Part shown: positions 36,733 through 50,955 of the stretch, piece after piece
Layout: the number at the start of each line of letters is the position of its first letter
How positions within the stretch are numbered: the stretch's first letter is position 1
Source of the DNA: Octopus sinensis
Taxonomy: Eukaryota
Reading direction: 5' to 3'
Assembly: GCF_006345805.1 (NCBI RefSeq)
Contig: NC_043014.1
Span: 31,248,001-31,312,000, forward strand
Length of the DNA stretch: 64,000 bases
The notes under the pieces: model-generated
The model's database searches: none
What the model saw: the letters and a program-made list of their open reading frames with translations, nothing else
What the model was told of the DNA's origin: nothing
Made by a program: the position numbers and the translations under genes

Positions 36733-37775
36733 CAACAATAGTATATGACAAGTACTACAACTCCATTGCTGTCAAATCTTAAAAAGTAAGTAAATTTCCA
36801 TTCAACTATGGAGTCCAACACATACAAAAGACAGGCAAAGAATATGGGATGATCACAACTGGTCGGTCGACTCTTCCAGGTCTACTCAACCAGCGCTGAC
36901 TTGGAGATAAAACAATAACTACAGATTAAATACATTACCTACAATAATACCAACAACAATTATTATTAACAAAACTACTATGCCGCCACCACCAACGCCG
37001 CCGCCGCCGCCACCACCACCACTTCTACTACTCTTTACTCTCTCTTTTACTCTTTTACTTGTTTCAGTTATTTGACTGTAGTCATGCTGGAGCACCGCCT
37101 TTAGTCGAGCTATTTCAACACCAGGACTTATTCTTTGTAAGCCTAGTACTTATTCTATCGGTCTCTTTTGCCGATCCGCTAAGTTACGGTGATGTAAACA
37201 CACCTGCATTGTTTGTCAAGCGATGTTGGGGGGACAAACACAGACACACAAACATATACACACACACACACACATATATATATACATATATATGACGGGC
37301 TTCTTTCAGTTTCCGTCTACCAAATCCACTCACAAGGCTTTGGTTGGCCCAAGGCTATAGTAGAAGACACTTGCCCAAGGTGTCATGCAGTGGGACTGAA
37401 CCCGGAACCATGTAGTTGGTAAACAAGCTACTTACCACACAGCCACTCCTATGCCTAACTACTACTAATAATAATGATGATCATCATACTCATTAGTATT
37501 AAGGCAGGCCAATGTCACTCATTAGGTCATTTCATTTTGTGTTCTTTAATTCAATGTTAAAGAAACCAAGACATAAAAAACTTTCTATAACTATATACCA
37601 GTAATTAACTGCCAGTCCAATACCATTAAATTCTTCACCACTCACCATTCCTTCTTTTTAAAGATCATCACTTCGTATCTTCAAGTTCCAATGTCAAATC
37701 AGACATTTTATTACTTGTCTATTTTTGTTTGTCATACATCCATAACTATTAGTGACAGGAAATTAAAGTACCTAC

Positions 37776-37954
37776 CTCTGGCAATATTGATTAAAGTTGC
37801 AGTCTTCTTCATTACGTCCAGTTCCTTGTGATCAATCAAATGATATGTTTGTGGTGTCAAAGCACAGGTAATCACAACATAGTCACACAATGGTAACATG
37901 TCCATCAAGCTACTATAAAACTGAGCGTCTACTTTTGCTTCCTCTTCTTCGGAC
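37776..37954 (-). CDS. 2-hydroxyacid dehydrogenase copy C, coding exon 3
   Basis: 179 nt, open by hand translation (SEEEEAKVDAQFY...INIAR); absent from the ORF track; canonical splice sites. Confidence 0.92.
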
Positions 37955-38986
37955 CTGTTGAAGAAATTGATTAATTCATTAATTGTGTATTAACTAGTTT
38001 CTGGAATGTGTTTGAAGAATAGTATTTTGTTCTTACAGTTTTGCATCTATTTTTAGTATTGTAAAGGATGAATTTACAGCTGGAATAAAAGTGGTGTTTG
38101 CAGTAGAAATACTTTGTACTGCAAAGACTCAGGTAAGAAGCTGGTGTGGAACTTCTGTTGTCATGCAGGTAGACAGTTCAATCAAGGATAGAATTATGAC
38201 ATAAGCACACACCTCAATAATGTGAGACAATAAAACCAAGATATCTTGTGTGTTATTGCTTGCTTTGTTAGAAATTGCAGCCAAATTTATTTCATATCAC
38301 AATGCACTATCAAAGAAAGAAATGGATAGATGAAATAGTGTAGTCTTCAATAAACTGTTCGAATAATACAGGGGTTGCTTTTGTTCTGAAGTCTGCAGGG
38401 CCACGGCTGATCTGAGACTAAGCAACAACTGTTTAATAACTGTATAGTTTGAACTTAAAACTATGTGGTTAGTAGTTCTAGTGTAGCATCTCATTCAATA
38501 TTACTCTGTTAATTAACAAGACATCAGTTACATGACTAATTAAGTCATCTTTTGGGAAACTGATCAAGAGATCTTGTTATTGCTCACAAACCTCTGGTCT
38601 TCTCTCTCTCTCTTTTCTATTGTTGCTATAATGGACCCTGTATTTTGAAGCTTGTTGGTCTCCTAACCCCATCTACACTTCCCACTACCATACCATTTGT
38701 CCCCCCAACCTCTCATCACCCCTATTGGACAAACCATGATGCCTAATTCTTCATCTAAGAGTATTGGCTCTCTGGAATCTCCTCCCTCATATCTTTCCAA
38801 AGTTTCTGACCTGCAATAGTTTAAACAGAACACAAACAGCATCTATCTAACCAGTCTTCGAAAGCCTACAAGTGTTATGGGTTTGTTCCTCTTCTTCAAA
38901 ACTCAGAAAGTACTAAAAATCCATGCATCTATCCTTCAATTTACTTGTCTTAATGTCCTATACACAAATCTAATTAAAGCACTCAC

Positions 38987-39161
38987 CTTTGCCTCCTTTG
39001 ATGATACAACACCTTCATTTCAAAAGCATGAGCTCTGATTGCCAGCTTGTAGCCAATGGTTCCCATTCCAATTATTCCAATCGAATTTCCTGTGACGTCA
39101 TGTGCCAGAAGTTCTGGTGGATACAAACTTGTTTTCAATGTCTTTGGAAAATATTCAGCAC
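38987..39161 (-). CDS. 2-hydroxyacid dehydrogenase copy C, coding exon 2
   Basis: 175 nt, CTTCAG acceptor, GTGAGT donor, GMGTIG motif. Confidence 0.93.
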
Positions 39162-39189
39162 CTGAAGATATATAATAATAATATAAAAG

Positions 39190-39646
39190 ATGGGCTACAG
39201 CAAATATTCTGCTCAATACCACAGATTTGCTTGTCACTTGTTTGACCGTAACCAGTTGAGCATGTCCCTTAGTGGCTGACGATATGTGCATCTCTGATCA
39301 TGAGCAGAAGTAGCGGGGGAGCATCATAGCCATGTGTTGAGAGGGATTCTTTGGGGTTTGAATAATTCACCTTTGGAAACATGGGTGGTTCTTTCAACAT
39401 CCTTAAAAAACCTTTTTCAGGGACCTTTTGAGCAGGATGGGCTACTCAATCTGAAGAAAATTCTAACTGAGCCCCACCTGTAAGGTCATGTGCTGTTTAT
39501 CTTGATATGAGATCACCATGTCGCGCACATATGGTTGATGCATGTGCCTAGTGTACCCTTATCAGACGGGTAGTCATGATGGGTATATTGGGCTTCGTAT
39601 ATTTTACCCCAGTGTCACTTTGATGGCATGAACTGCTCTCTCACTC

Positions 39647-39701
<55 letters not shown>

Positions 39702-39703
39702 TT
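39190..39703 (+). mobile_element. Unclassified retroposon 3-prime end with (TAA)n tail
   Basis: GC-richer block ending CTCTCTCACTC(AAT)n. Confidence 0.5.
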
Positions 39704-40210
39704 ATAAAAGATAAGACGATAAAAGCTAATAAACCAGATATTATTATAAAAGATTAGACAAAAAAGGTGTATTTATTAATTGACATGAGTATTCTTTGCG
39801 ATCACAATATAGCGGCGAAAAAATTTGACAAGGTCAGTAAATATAAAGACTTACTAATAGAAATTGGAAACATGTGGCATCTCAACGCGACTACAGTACC
39901 AGTGATTGTAGGATCTCTTGGAATGATAAAAAAAAAAGGAACTGAAGCCAATTTGAAAATGATACCAGGTTTACCATCCCTACAGGAAGTGCAAAAAATC
40001 GTGTTAACTGGAACGGTTCATGTACTGAGAAGAGCATTATCGCCGTGAAAACAATATCCATTCATGAATTTATTTATTCATTAATTTTTTAAATACATAT
40101 TTTATCTGTGAATTGCGTGTGTAATCTGGGAATGCATACAATGAGCTTCTCCGCCCTAAGTGTACGGAAAACACTCGGCGAGAAACGGAAGAAAATTTGA
40201 AGAAAGTAAA
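39704..40210 (+). mobile_element. 5-prime-truncated R4/Dong-like element: restriction-like endonuclease domain plus 3-prime UTR
   Basis: NKPDIIIKD...LIDMS...K.SKYKDL.IEI..MW...VPVIVGSLG...QKIVLTGT.HVLRRAL; (TAA)n on both sides. Confidence 0.88.
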
Positions 40211-40231
40211 ATAATAATAATAATAATAATG

Positions 40232-40295
<64 letters not shown>

Positions 40296-40716
40296 GATAA
40301 GTAAAGCAGCTGTTTAGCAATGTATGACCAAAAAGGAAAACTATAATTGTTATTAAATATGTCAGAAGGTGTTAGAACACTGACAATGCTAGAAATAAGA
40401 GTTAAAGTGCTCTGATGCTGCAATCAACGCACATAATTGTATACATGCATACTGACAGCAACCGTAAACAGCTGAAAGTGACAGTCTTAATATTCGTCGA
40501 TGGTTTGGGCTTTAAGACCAAAGCACTCATCAGCAGGGTCGGCACAACTCACTAGTTTCCGGACAAGATCGCCAGCAGTATATATGTCTACAACATAGAA
40601 ATCTATGGATGATTTAGCGAATCGCTATTGTGTATGCAAACAATTAAATTAGACAATGTATCACCGAAAAGGAAAACTATAATTAGCACTAAATATGACA
40701 GAGGGTGTTAGAACAT

Positions 40717-40920
40717 TGTTATGTACGACCAGTAATTCCTGGTTCAAAGAAACTAATTTTCAGTCATAGTCTAAAACAGCAATACGTCATATAGTGTTAT
40801 CCACAATATTCTCTATTGAACGTATGTTATTCAAAATGGCCACTCTCTCTCTGAGCATCAAATGCGCATGCCCTTTATATCAAGGGATGTCACTCAAATC
40901 TTAGCACAATTTGCCTAACA
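40717..40920 (-). mobile_element. Gypsy 3-prime LTR (TGTTA...TAACA)
   Basis: PPT AGGTGGGAGTGAA immediately upstream; follows the pol end RIRKAPERLDL*. Confidence 0.7.
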
Positions 40921-40947
40921 TTCACTCCCACCTAAAAAAAGAAAATA

Positions 40948-42062
40948 TTATAGATCTAGCCTTTCCGGGGCTTTCCGAATTCTTTGAGATCAACGCAGTT
41001 GAGAGAATTCTTCTTTTTGTTTTAGAGGGTCATCTCTAGGAGGCGAAGACATTTCAGTTAGATCTCTGTCTGGCTCTTGAGGGACCACAAACATCTGGGT
41101 TAAGTCATCAGTTAGGTTAATTTTTCTTGGTGATGCCAATTGTTTCGTAGATACTGTGGTTTCGCGACCGTCTGGGTAACGAACGTTGGCGTATTTGGGG
41201 TTGGTTTCAATTAAATCAGTTTGGTCAACGATAGGGTCATACTTGCTCGTGCGATTGTTCCTTTGCAGAAGCACAGGTTCTGGGTTGAGAAGCCATGATG
41301 GCATAGATGATCCTGTTGCTGAACGTCTTTGATAGTTAAAGAGACGTTCATGAGGAGTGGCATTGGTAGATGCACAAAGTAGAGATCTGATTGAATGCAG
41401 CGCATCTGGAAGAACATTTTCCCATGATGATACTGGAAGGACACGAGTTTTCAAAGAGAGTAGTACTCATTTCCAAATAGTACCATTATATCTCTCAAGG
41501 GGTTGTCCTCTTTGTTGCAATGTCCTTACTGAGGAGCCATTCTCTCAATTTTGTTGACATAAAGGCAGTTCCACGATCGGAATGTACATAACTGAGCATA
41601 CCAAAAACTGAAAACAAGTCTGTAAAACATCTTATTACAGTCTGAGCTGATGTGTCAGATACTGGATAACCAAACGGAAACCGAAAGTATTCGTCAATAA
41701 TTGTTAGAAGATGAAGATGGTTCGTGGAGGGAATCGGGGCTTTGAAATCAATTGAAATTCACTTGAATGGCTGTGTGACCTTAATTAAGTTAACTAAGTT
41801 TGGTCTATAATATTGTGATTTCACTTCTTGACATATAGAGCAATTCCTACAAATTTATTTCACGTTCCCCAACGAATATGGAAGATTTCTACTGCGGACG
41901 GAATGATGCAGGCGTACTACACCGGGATGGCACAGTGCTGCATGCAACCCATGAAGTGAATGTGAACTGATTGCTGAACAGCGTACCCTTGTGAATGCAT
42001 CCGGTGCGATGTTATTGGATCCTGGGCGATGTGAATATCATACGAGTATGGAGATAACGCAA
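40948..42062 (-). mobile_element. Gypsy RNase H end plus integrase (pseudogenic)
   Basis: YSYDIHHRPG.NN..PDA, LCHPG, C..CQE, SIDFK, IDEY.RFPF, HSDRGTAFMS, TNATPHERLF. Confidence 0.9.
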
Positions 42063-42289
42063 TGCGCCATCACATAATTTTATCATTTTTAATTTTGCTC
42101 GTCGCTTTATAACTTGACATCTGCATTTTATCCAAGCACCCGAAGGACCCAACCCTCAGAAATATACATGAGTACGTCCTCATAAATGAAACATTCCCTG
42201 TACTAAATAGGAAATATATGTAGCAGGTAATCATGCCCCATACCCACAGTTTATATTTATATACAGGTAGAATAGCTAGTGGGCTGTTA

Positions 42290-42299
42290 TGTAGATGTA

Positions 42300-42330
<31 letters not shown>

Positions 42331-43006
42331 ATACGTATATGTATATGCACATGTATGTAGGCAAATGGATTTGAATGTAAACAGATAGACATACAGACAT
42401 ACACACACACGCATACGCAAATGAAAGCTGCAACACGTGACTATATACACACACTTCACTTCACACAAGGACACATATGGAAACACACATCCACACATAT
42501 GGAAATACACGTCCGTGCATACAGACACAGTACATAGTCACAAAAACCCATACACATCCACACATCCACACACACACACACACAGTCAAGAGACAGAGGT
42601 ACACACACATGCAAGCACACACACACACGTAACACACAAACACGAACGCACAAATACACAAACTCATGAATATGCAGAATACATACAAACGTACATATAT
42701 ATATATATATATACAAATATACATACGCACACACACATGCACACACACTTACATGCATACATACATACATAATACATGCATACATACATACATGTGTATG
42801 CGCACACACACTGAACCATACACATGCGCACAAACAAACAAAAAGAACGCAGCTTGGATAATGGACAGAGTCAATGACTATTGAAAATGTTGCAAGACGC
42901 AACGAAAATTTTAGGAAAAATAAATAAGTAAATGAATGGATACTTTACTGGTGAGTGTGTTAAATAATAAGGCACTAAAAGAGAATGCCTCTCCCCAGGC
43001 ACAACA

Positions 43007-43039
<33 letters not shown>

Positions 43040-43122
43040 TGTATGTATGTATGTATGTATGTATGTATGTATGTATGTTTGTATGTATGTATGTATGTAT
43101 GTATGTTTGTATGTATGTATGT
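42290..43122. repeat. CA/TA/ATGT microsatellite-rich block
   Basis: Direct reading; the ORFs here are low-complexity artefacts. Confidence 0.9.
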
Positions 43123-43509
43123 CATTATTCAGTTTATTTCAAGATTTCTTGCCAATAGAGAAAGAACCGGTTTCTAACTTAGACCCAAGGCTCCTTCATT
43201 GGAATTCCAACATCAACAGCAGGGCATTTTTGTTTGTATGTATGTATGTGCAGATTTGTATATTTTAAGTATGGATTCTCATGCATATAGTTGCATATCT
43301 AGACATGCTCATATATATTTAAATGATAAAATTCTGGAAGTTTTACAGATTTTTACAGTTTCAGTGATGGATTGGATCTATGGATGTATGTATATGTATC
43401 TTTTAAATTTGTTTATGAGAATATGAATATTTGCAACTAAAGCTCCTATTCCATTATGCCGGCCATAGTTTAATGATGCTGACCAGTGAACCAGTTTTTT
43501 GGATTGCAT

Positions 43510-43689
43510 CGAGCTATATATATATATATCCTATATTATATTCATACTACACACACACACACACGTGTATATATATATGCATATATATATGTGTGTGTGT
43601 GTGTGTGTGTATGTGTGTGTGTGCGTGTGTGTGTGTGTGTGTGTGTATGTATATATACGCACACATACATATGACTGAATATGTATACA

Positions 43690-43752
<63 letters not shown>

Positions 43753-43760
43753 GTATATGT
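43510..43760. repeat. (TA)n/(TG)n microsatellites
   Basis: Direct reading. Confidence 0.9.
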
Positions 43761-44247
43761 ATATACCTTATAAGCAGATTACAACCGTTGAATCATCCAT
43801 CAATTATTTGTAACCTCTATAACTTTATACTGGACTGCACTGTTATGTCAACAATGATAATAAGTACTTTACTGAGTTATGGTCATTGATACTATAACAC
43901 TGTCTGCAGTCCAGTACAAATCTTAAAGGTTACTAATCAGCGTTACGTGATTTCTGAAGATCTGACAATGCAGTCTGCTTATACTCTATCCCTTATATGA
44001 CAGATTTTTTCCCACTGTTAATGTAAGATGACGTAACTAAATAATTACGTTTTGGTAGAATTTGATTAGAGTAAATATGATAAATGAGTGAATGGATGTA
44101 GAAAATATAAAAATAACCCAAAATGAAACTCAAGAAAATTATAGAGCAAGACTGAACTATAAGATGCTAAAAATTATTGAAAAGAGGCAGAAATAAACAC
44201 CATCGTTTTTGATGTGTTCTAAAAAATAAATGGAAACTTTTACTTAC

Positions 44248-44623
44248 ACTGAACTATTTTTCTTGACATTGCCAATAATAGTGCCATTCCAAAATTTGCG
44301 GCAGCTACTCCATCTTGGATGCTATGACCAATCCTAATGCCACGCGATTTAGCCCATTTAGTGTCAACACAATCAATACCAATGCCAAGGAAGGAAATAA
44401 TTTTAAGATTTACCAATTTCTCAAGTAATTCAAGGATTCCTTGGCTTTTTTTTAGGCCCGAATTTATATACAAGCCAACGATTTTCTTACAGATTGAGGG
44501 ATTTTGTTCCAGTTCTTTCAGAGCCACCAAATTTTGATTACGGACTACAACATTTATGAAAAAACTCTTGAAATCAGGCAATTCTTCACAAAGATTTTCA
44601 CAAAGACTTACTACCGAAGCCAT
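44248..44623 (-). CDS. 2-hydroxyacid dehydrogenase copy C, coding exon 1
   Basis: 376 nt, ATG at 44623, acceptor AG 7 nt upstream, GTAAGT donor. Confidence 0.92.
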
Positions 44624-46438
44624 AATATTGCTGTTATTCAGATAAAAAAAAATATTTCACAACGAACTGAAAAGATTGAATAAATTAAAATCTACATGTA
44701 ATAAAGGACCAATTATTTTCTATATTAACTTTTTCTGTGATAAAAATTGATAGACCTTCTATAATGCAGAACTCTGTACTGTCTGACTACCCTAAAGGCT
44801 TCTTTTGAAATAAAATAAAACTTCACGAGTTTTCGTTTCGTTAACACCATAAAAAACAGAAATAAAAAAATGTCTACGATATGTATTAGTTTATAATATA
44901 TATATTTTTTATCTTTCGGTTGATTGTACTTCACAATTAACACAACATTTTGGGATTGCAAACGTGATGTTAAATATTCACGATGTTTTATATTCTATCA
45001 TCTTTCCTTATTATAATTATTCTAGTATATCCATGCCTCACCAGTTAACATATATTAACACAGGTGACATATGACACGAACCTTTACATAGTCTGTATTA
45101 GATAAAATATATCTCTTTACTGACTGGAAAGTAATCGTACAATTTGTTATGCAGAATTTAATATGCGCATATCTGTAAAAGCTGGAATCACACATATGTG
45201 CGCACGCACATCATCTGATATAATTTTTTACTCAACCCTTCACAATTCTTTTAACAACCAAATTTCTCTTAAATATTATATTAAAAAAAGAACGGAGAAG
45301 ACAATAGATAATGTGGTGACTGATAGATAATAGAATGATATATATTTTAGTTGTGAGTGGTAGATTGAGATAAGAATTTAATATAGATTTGTGGTAATTA
45401 GACATATATATTTCGTAGATGCTTTCGTTTTATCAGAAGTTAAAAAATGTTTTTATTATAAATTCTTCTTAGTTTACATTTTAACCGTATATGATATGAA
45501 TACAGAAGTGTATAAAAGATTGCTAATGATTTAAAAGACCGAAGAAGACTGGCAAAATTGTTACCACGCTGGCCGAAACGCTTAGCGGTATTTCTCCCGT
45601 CGCTACGTTCTGAGTTCAAATTCTGCCAGGGTCGACTTTGCCTGTCAGGGTCGATAATTTTAGTACCAGTGAAAAACTGGGGTCAATGTAATCGACTAGT
45701 CCTCTCCCCCAAATTTCAGGTCTTGTGCTTTTGTGGAAAGGATTTAAAAGACCGAAGGCAGAGTTGAGTCAGTAGCTTTAGAAAATACATATACCACATT
45801 TAAAGACCACAAATCCAATTTCGTTAACAAATCTTTAGCTGAACTCATTCATTCAACATTTAGCAAACATATTTTATGTAAGATACTACTAAAAATTAAA
45901 CTAGAATTACCTTTATCTCTATGGAAATTTAGTGAGAGTGGTCACAAATTTTGAAGTATGCAAGTGTTATGAATGTCAGAAGGCAGTTTAAACAAAACAT
46001 AATTGTTTTAAAGTAGGAACGAGTGCTGACAAGTAGTAAAAGTGTATAACCTGTATGTGAGTCAAGTAACGTCTTATAACTTACACTTACACAAATGATT
46101 CTGTGGAAGTCGTTAGAAAAACATGCAAAGTGTTGTTTTTATACTTCGTTACTTTAAAGCAATACTGAGCATTCTAGCAGGCATTTCTGAACAATTTTAT
46201 AAAACATTGCGTATTGTTTATCACCTTTCAGATGAACTGCAGCAGTTTCTATGGTAAAAAGAAAATACTGACTTATCCACTATTTTGAACTATGCAGTTG
46301 CAACCTGCCCAAATCAGCCATACTTAAAAGCGCCTGGAAATATTGTGATGATTTAATTGCAAAATGTACCAAGAAAAAATGGTGCAAACTGTATTAGGTA
46401 ATTGGTATATATACAAGTGTTTTTCTTGTAAGGACCCT

Positions 46439-46990
46439 ACATGAACAGGGTATGGCATGTGTTGGTACAGTGCATGAACAGGGTGTGGCATGTGTTGGCG
46501 GCGAGCTGGCAGAAACGTTAGTACGCCGGGCGAAATGCGTAGCCGTATTTCGTCTGACGTTATGTTCTTGAGTTCAAATTCCGCCGAGGTCGACTTTGCC
46601 TTTCATCCTTTCGGGGTCGATAAATTAAGTACCAGTTACGCATTGGGGTCGATGTAATCGACTTAATACCTATGTCTGTCCTTGTTTGTCCACTCTATGT
46701 TTAGCCCCTTGTGGGTAATAAAGAAATAGGTATTTCGTCTGCTGCTACGTTCTGAGTTCAAATTCCACCGAGGTCGACTTTGCCTTTCATCCTTTCGGGG
46801 TCGATAAATTAAGTACCAGTTACGCACTGGGGTCGATGTAATCGACTGAATCCCTTTGTCTGTCCTTGTTTGTCCCCTCTATGTTTAGCCCCTTGTGGGT
46901 AGTAAAGAAATAGGTACAGTACATGAACAGGATATGGCATGTGTTGGTACAGTACATGAACAGGGTAAGACATGTATTGGTACAGTGCAT
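46439..46990 (+). repeat. 33-bp minisatellite (GTACAGTGCATGAACAGGGTATGGCATGTGTTG) split by a family-1 SINE dimer (46499-46913)
   Basis: About 2 units left and about 2.5 units right of the SINE dimer. Confidence 0.85.
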
Positions 46991-47139
46991 GGTTATAAGA
47001 TGTCATTAGATGCAGCATTAAAGAGAAAAGGCAGGGACGTCTGTCGAAGTACGGACGACCAGTTTTTATGGTGTGGAGTTACGTGTGTTGAAATAATTTG
47101 GTAACCGTGGTGTTATTCAGTTGTCAACATACGAAGAAG

Positions 47140-47975
47140 TCAATCTAACCCTTGAAATTTCCAGATTTTACAGAAACTTGTCGGTTAACCATCCCATGCC
47201 CTTCAATTGTTAACACATACAATAAATTTATAGGCAGAGGTAGATTTACTGGATGGGTTATCGAACCGTTACAAAACCCATATTCGCTCAAAAAAGTGGT
47301 ACCACCAACGTATTTTCCACATTCTCGATATAATTGTGGTACAATAACCACTTTTAATCTGACATAACGAACCTGAGAATGTATCAAACATAAAGCTTAG
47401 AAATTTCTAGATGGACATTTCTGACTCACTCGGGAGATCAGGAAAATTCAAGTTAACCAAAAGATGACGCCCATCACTAAGCGAAATGGAAAGGCAAATA
47501 CTAGCCAAAAATTCCAGAGGGCCGACAGCTCCCATGCCAAATAGGTCTATCTGCATAGATGGTATAGAATACTGGTCCCAGTACATGGTAGGCAGCAAGA
47601 TGGGGAGATGCAAGAATCTAGGCTGTAAGCCCATTACAAGGGTTATCTGTAATGTTAATTTTTGCTTTACCTCAAAAATCAAACTGTTCCAAGCACATTA
47701 CACTGAATAAAAAGAGTTTTTATTTTTCTATATCAAAAAGACACTTTTTATTGTTATTCTTGTGTTTTTAGATAACCTTGAGGTGATAATAAATTACATG
47801 GCAAATATTTATTTAAACGTTTTTATTGACTTTCTTTGCATACTGTTGCTTTAAATTAACGAAGCTCCAAATATTCACACTTACGTGACAATTTGCAATG
47901 TCATGAATTTTGATTGTCTTTCAATAAGAATAACATTTTTGTGTCAGTCCTTAATAGTCCATGCACTATAAGGTA
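47140..47975 (+). mobile_element. piggyBac-like transposase C-terminal relic
   Basis: IPCPSIVNTYNKF..G, IRSKKWYH, Cys-rich GRCKNLGC...CNVNFCFT. Confidence 0.75.
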
Positions 47976-48639
47976 ACTTTGAACTTTCCTGGCGCCAACC
48001 ATATCAGTCTAATAGATAATCAGTAAAATTTTAGTAAAAACTGTTACTGAAATTCAGACAGTTATCATCAGACATATTCTACTATGCTAAATATATATAT
48101 TAAGTTCCCACCCATTATCAGAGGTTTCTCCAGGGATGATGGTCAATTAATTGTTGAAAATTGTCCCCTGAAAACCCCTAAAAGAATTTCTGTAACTGTT
48201 TGAAGCAATTTAAATTGAAAGGAAGATTGATTCTAACCTTACGGTAGTTAACTGACTTGATGTTTCATTCAACCTTAACAACTCACAGCTTTCATATTTT
48301 AAGAAATCTAACGGATCATTGCACTATATTAGCAAACTTTCTAACGACTCTATGAACTATGTAAATAGTCATTCCACAATATATCATTGTGTATTTCTAA
48401 CCTCTTTTTTTATTGAAGCTACTTTCAATATCACTTTTGAAATGTGATCGTTTCGTTGATTTAGTTAGATATATAAGAGATAATCTAACATGTAACCTAA
48501 TAGAAAAATATAGCTTTTCCCATCCATTTATCAAACAACAAAAATTTTCAATAGAACTATTGAATAAACATTTTTCTCTCCCAAATAAAATGAGGGTGAC
48601 TTTCTTTTGGAAGATGATTGAGTACGTTAAATCTCCCTA

Positions 48640-49079
48640 TATTAAAAGTGAAATGGCCGAAAGTTGTATGTTTGCGTGTCTCATTTAGTGGTTATGAAGG
48701 GTTCAATGGTAGTAGGCGTGCTCGGATAGCGGTGAAAATTTACAGGGACATGGAAAATGAGGCGAGAAAGCGACTGGACTAGGTTAGAAATGTCCATCTC
48801 AAAAGCTGTGGTTATGAGGGCAACAAAACCCATTTTCGATCGATTCTGCAAGCTGTGGAGGTCGTGTTTTGTGGGCGATTTTAATAAAAAGCACACTTGC
48901 ATAATCTACAGGCTCTTCTGTTTAATAGTTCGTCGATTTTTTGTGAAAATTGTTGTTTAACAGAAAAGATTTTATGAAGTGAAAAAATGTTACATTTTTA
49001 GTTGTTTTACCGTTTGATTTTTTTTCTTTTGCTGTTTGCATCTTTGATTTATTCTGCATAAAAATTATACCACCCTGTA
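48640..49079 (+). mobile_element. Tc1/mariner 3-prime relic ending CACCCTGTA
   Basis: FRSILQAV-like C-terminus; CAGGGTG-type TIR end. Confidence 0.45.
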
Positions 49080-50752
49080 GGATTTGATGAGAAATATTTT
49101 TTTGGATTTTGATTCGTTCAAAAATTCCGCCGATAAGTATAAAAATAATCAAGTTTACGGTTATTTTTCATTTTACTTTCTCGATTTAGTGGCACGAGAC
49201 GATAGGTGTGATTTTTTCGCGTTTCACCGAGAAGGCTTATCGATTTTTAAAATTAATGACGCGTCAATAGTTTCACACAATACAATGCTATTATGTTTTT
49301 ACTTTATCCTTACTTGCATGGATAGATAGGTCCGTTATTAAAGCTGAATTACTTTTATTCCATGGCTACTTAGGCATCTTAATTCAAGGGTCATAGAAAT
49401 AAATGCCTCTCGATTTCTTCAAAAAATTACAATGGTTTCCTACTTCTTTGAACATTAATTTTCCAATGAGCTATATTTATATTTCTATATTTTATATTTT
49501 ATCTAGTTTCAGCTCACGAGCAGTGGCCATGCTGGGGCACCGCCATTCGGTGTTGCTACATGATTTTACTTCACGAATGCTTTTTAGCGATTGCCATTTG
49601 GTGCATGAGAGAGTTCGATGCAGCTGCCCTCATCTGCACCTCCTATTTCTTCACTTTATTATCTTTTTCACTTTTTGGTGAACACTTCATCCAATGTAAA
49701 CCAATATGATTTTGTTAGTTGTTAAGTTTATTAACCTAAGGCCTTATTTTTCATGTTTTTTTAGTACCCATGCCATCTATATCGCTTTTTGGATGGTTGC
49801 GTCATTTCAAATGCAACTGTAAGCTACGTGTTTTATTTTCATGAAGACTGTTCACCCGTATTTAACAATTTTTTTTCTTTTTCGGCCACAGTCACCTTAA
49901 AATCCCACGCCGTCCTCTCAACGCTGCACAATTCTCTCTTCTTATTGAACATCAGTTGCATATGTGCCAACCTCCCGTTAGCCCGAGTAAGCCTTCCATT
50001 AAATTTTTCCTTTCTCATTTTCCCCAACCATTCAGTTTGCATTTTGTCTTTTAGGATTGGAAAACACAGGTGGGGTGGGGTGTCAAAAGGACTGGCATGT
50101 GCAACCTGATCACTTCTGCCAGTCAAATTCCTGACTCATGCGTTCACTTCGTGACACTGATTCTACGAAATTGAGTTGGGTTTGAGTAATTGCTTTTTGA
50201 GAGACTGTATTATTCATTTGCATACTTGCTTTTTCAATCAGTTTTTTTTAAATAAACTTTCCATTATTTTTAAAGACTTTTAATTTTTTTTAATGTGGCA
50301 GTTCGAGAATAGACCCGAATGAAATCCAGTCAAAAACTAGTTCTTAAATATTCCTAATTCTGTTAACAGAAAATTCACCTTTCCTCACTTGAATATAATA
50401 ACAATACCCGATATAATAACTGTCCAATTACAGTTATAAAACTTAGTATTCTGATGACTGATTATTCACGATCTCCTACTCTTAGCAGACATATTGAACG
50501 CTAAGAAGAGTTCAAGAACGAGATTCTATTAAAATGTGTTGTATTTCTAAACTTCCAAATCATTCGCTAATATTGTATGTCTAACATTTCTGTCTCCACT
50601 CTTTACCTTCCTATGCGTCAACAAATCCTGTATATGCAATATTGTGACAAGATCTTTTCAGTTTGATTCACAGGGTCTAATTTTACAGAAAATTTTTGCG
50701 CAGATGTAGTTTACTGTTTGTACACCAGTTACGAAAGATAGAAAAGAAATTA

Positions 50753-50753
50753 C

Positions 50754-50792
<39 letters not shown>

Positions 50793-50812
50793 CATTATCA
50801 TTGTCATTGTCA

Positions 50813-50861
<49 letters not shown>

Positions 50862-50880
50862 TATTATTATTATCATTATC

Positions 50881-50940
<60 letters not shown>

Positions 50941-50955
50941 GTAATTATTATTATT
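50753..50955. repeat. (TTA/TCA)n microsatellite
   Basis: Direct reading. Confidence 0.95.

Noticed and set aside
49560-50130. Possible hAT transposase relic (MHQMAIAKK, minus strand)
   Set aside because: A single weak motif; not assignable without an HMM search.
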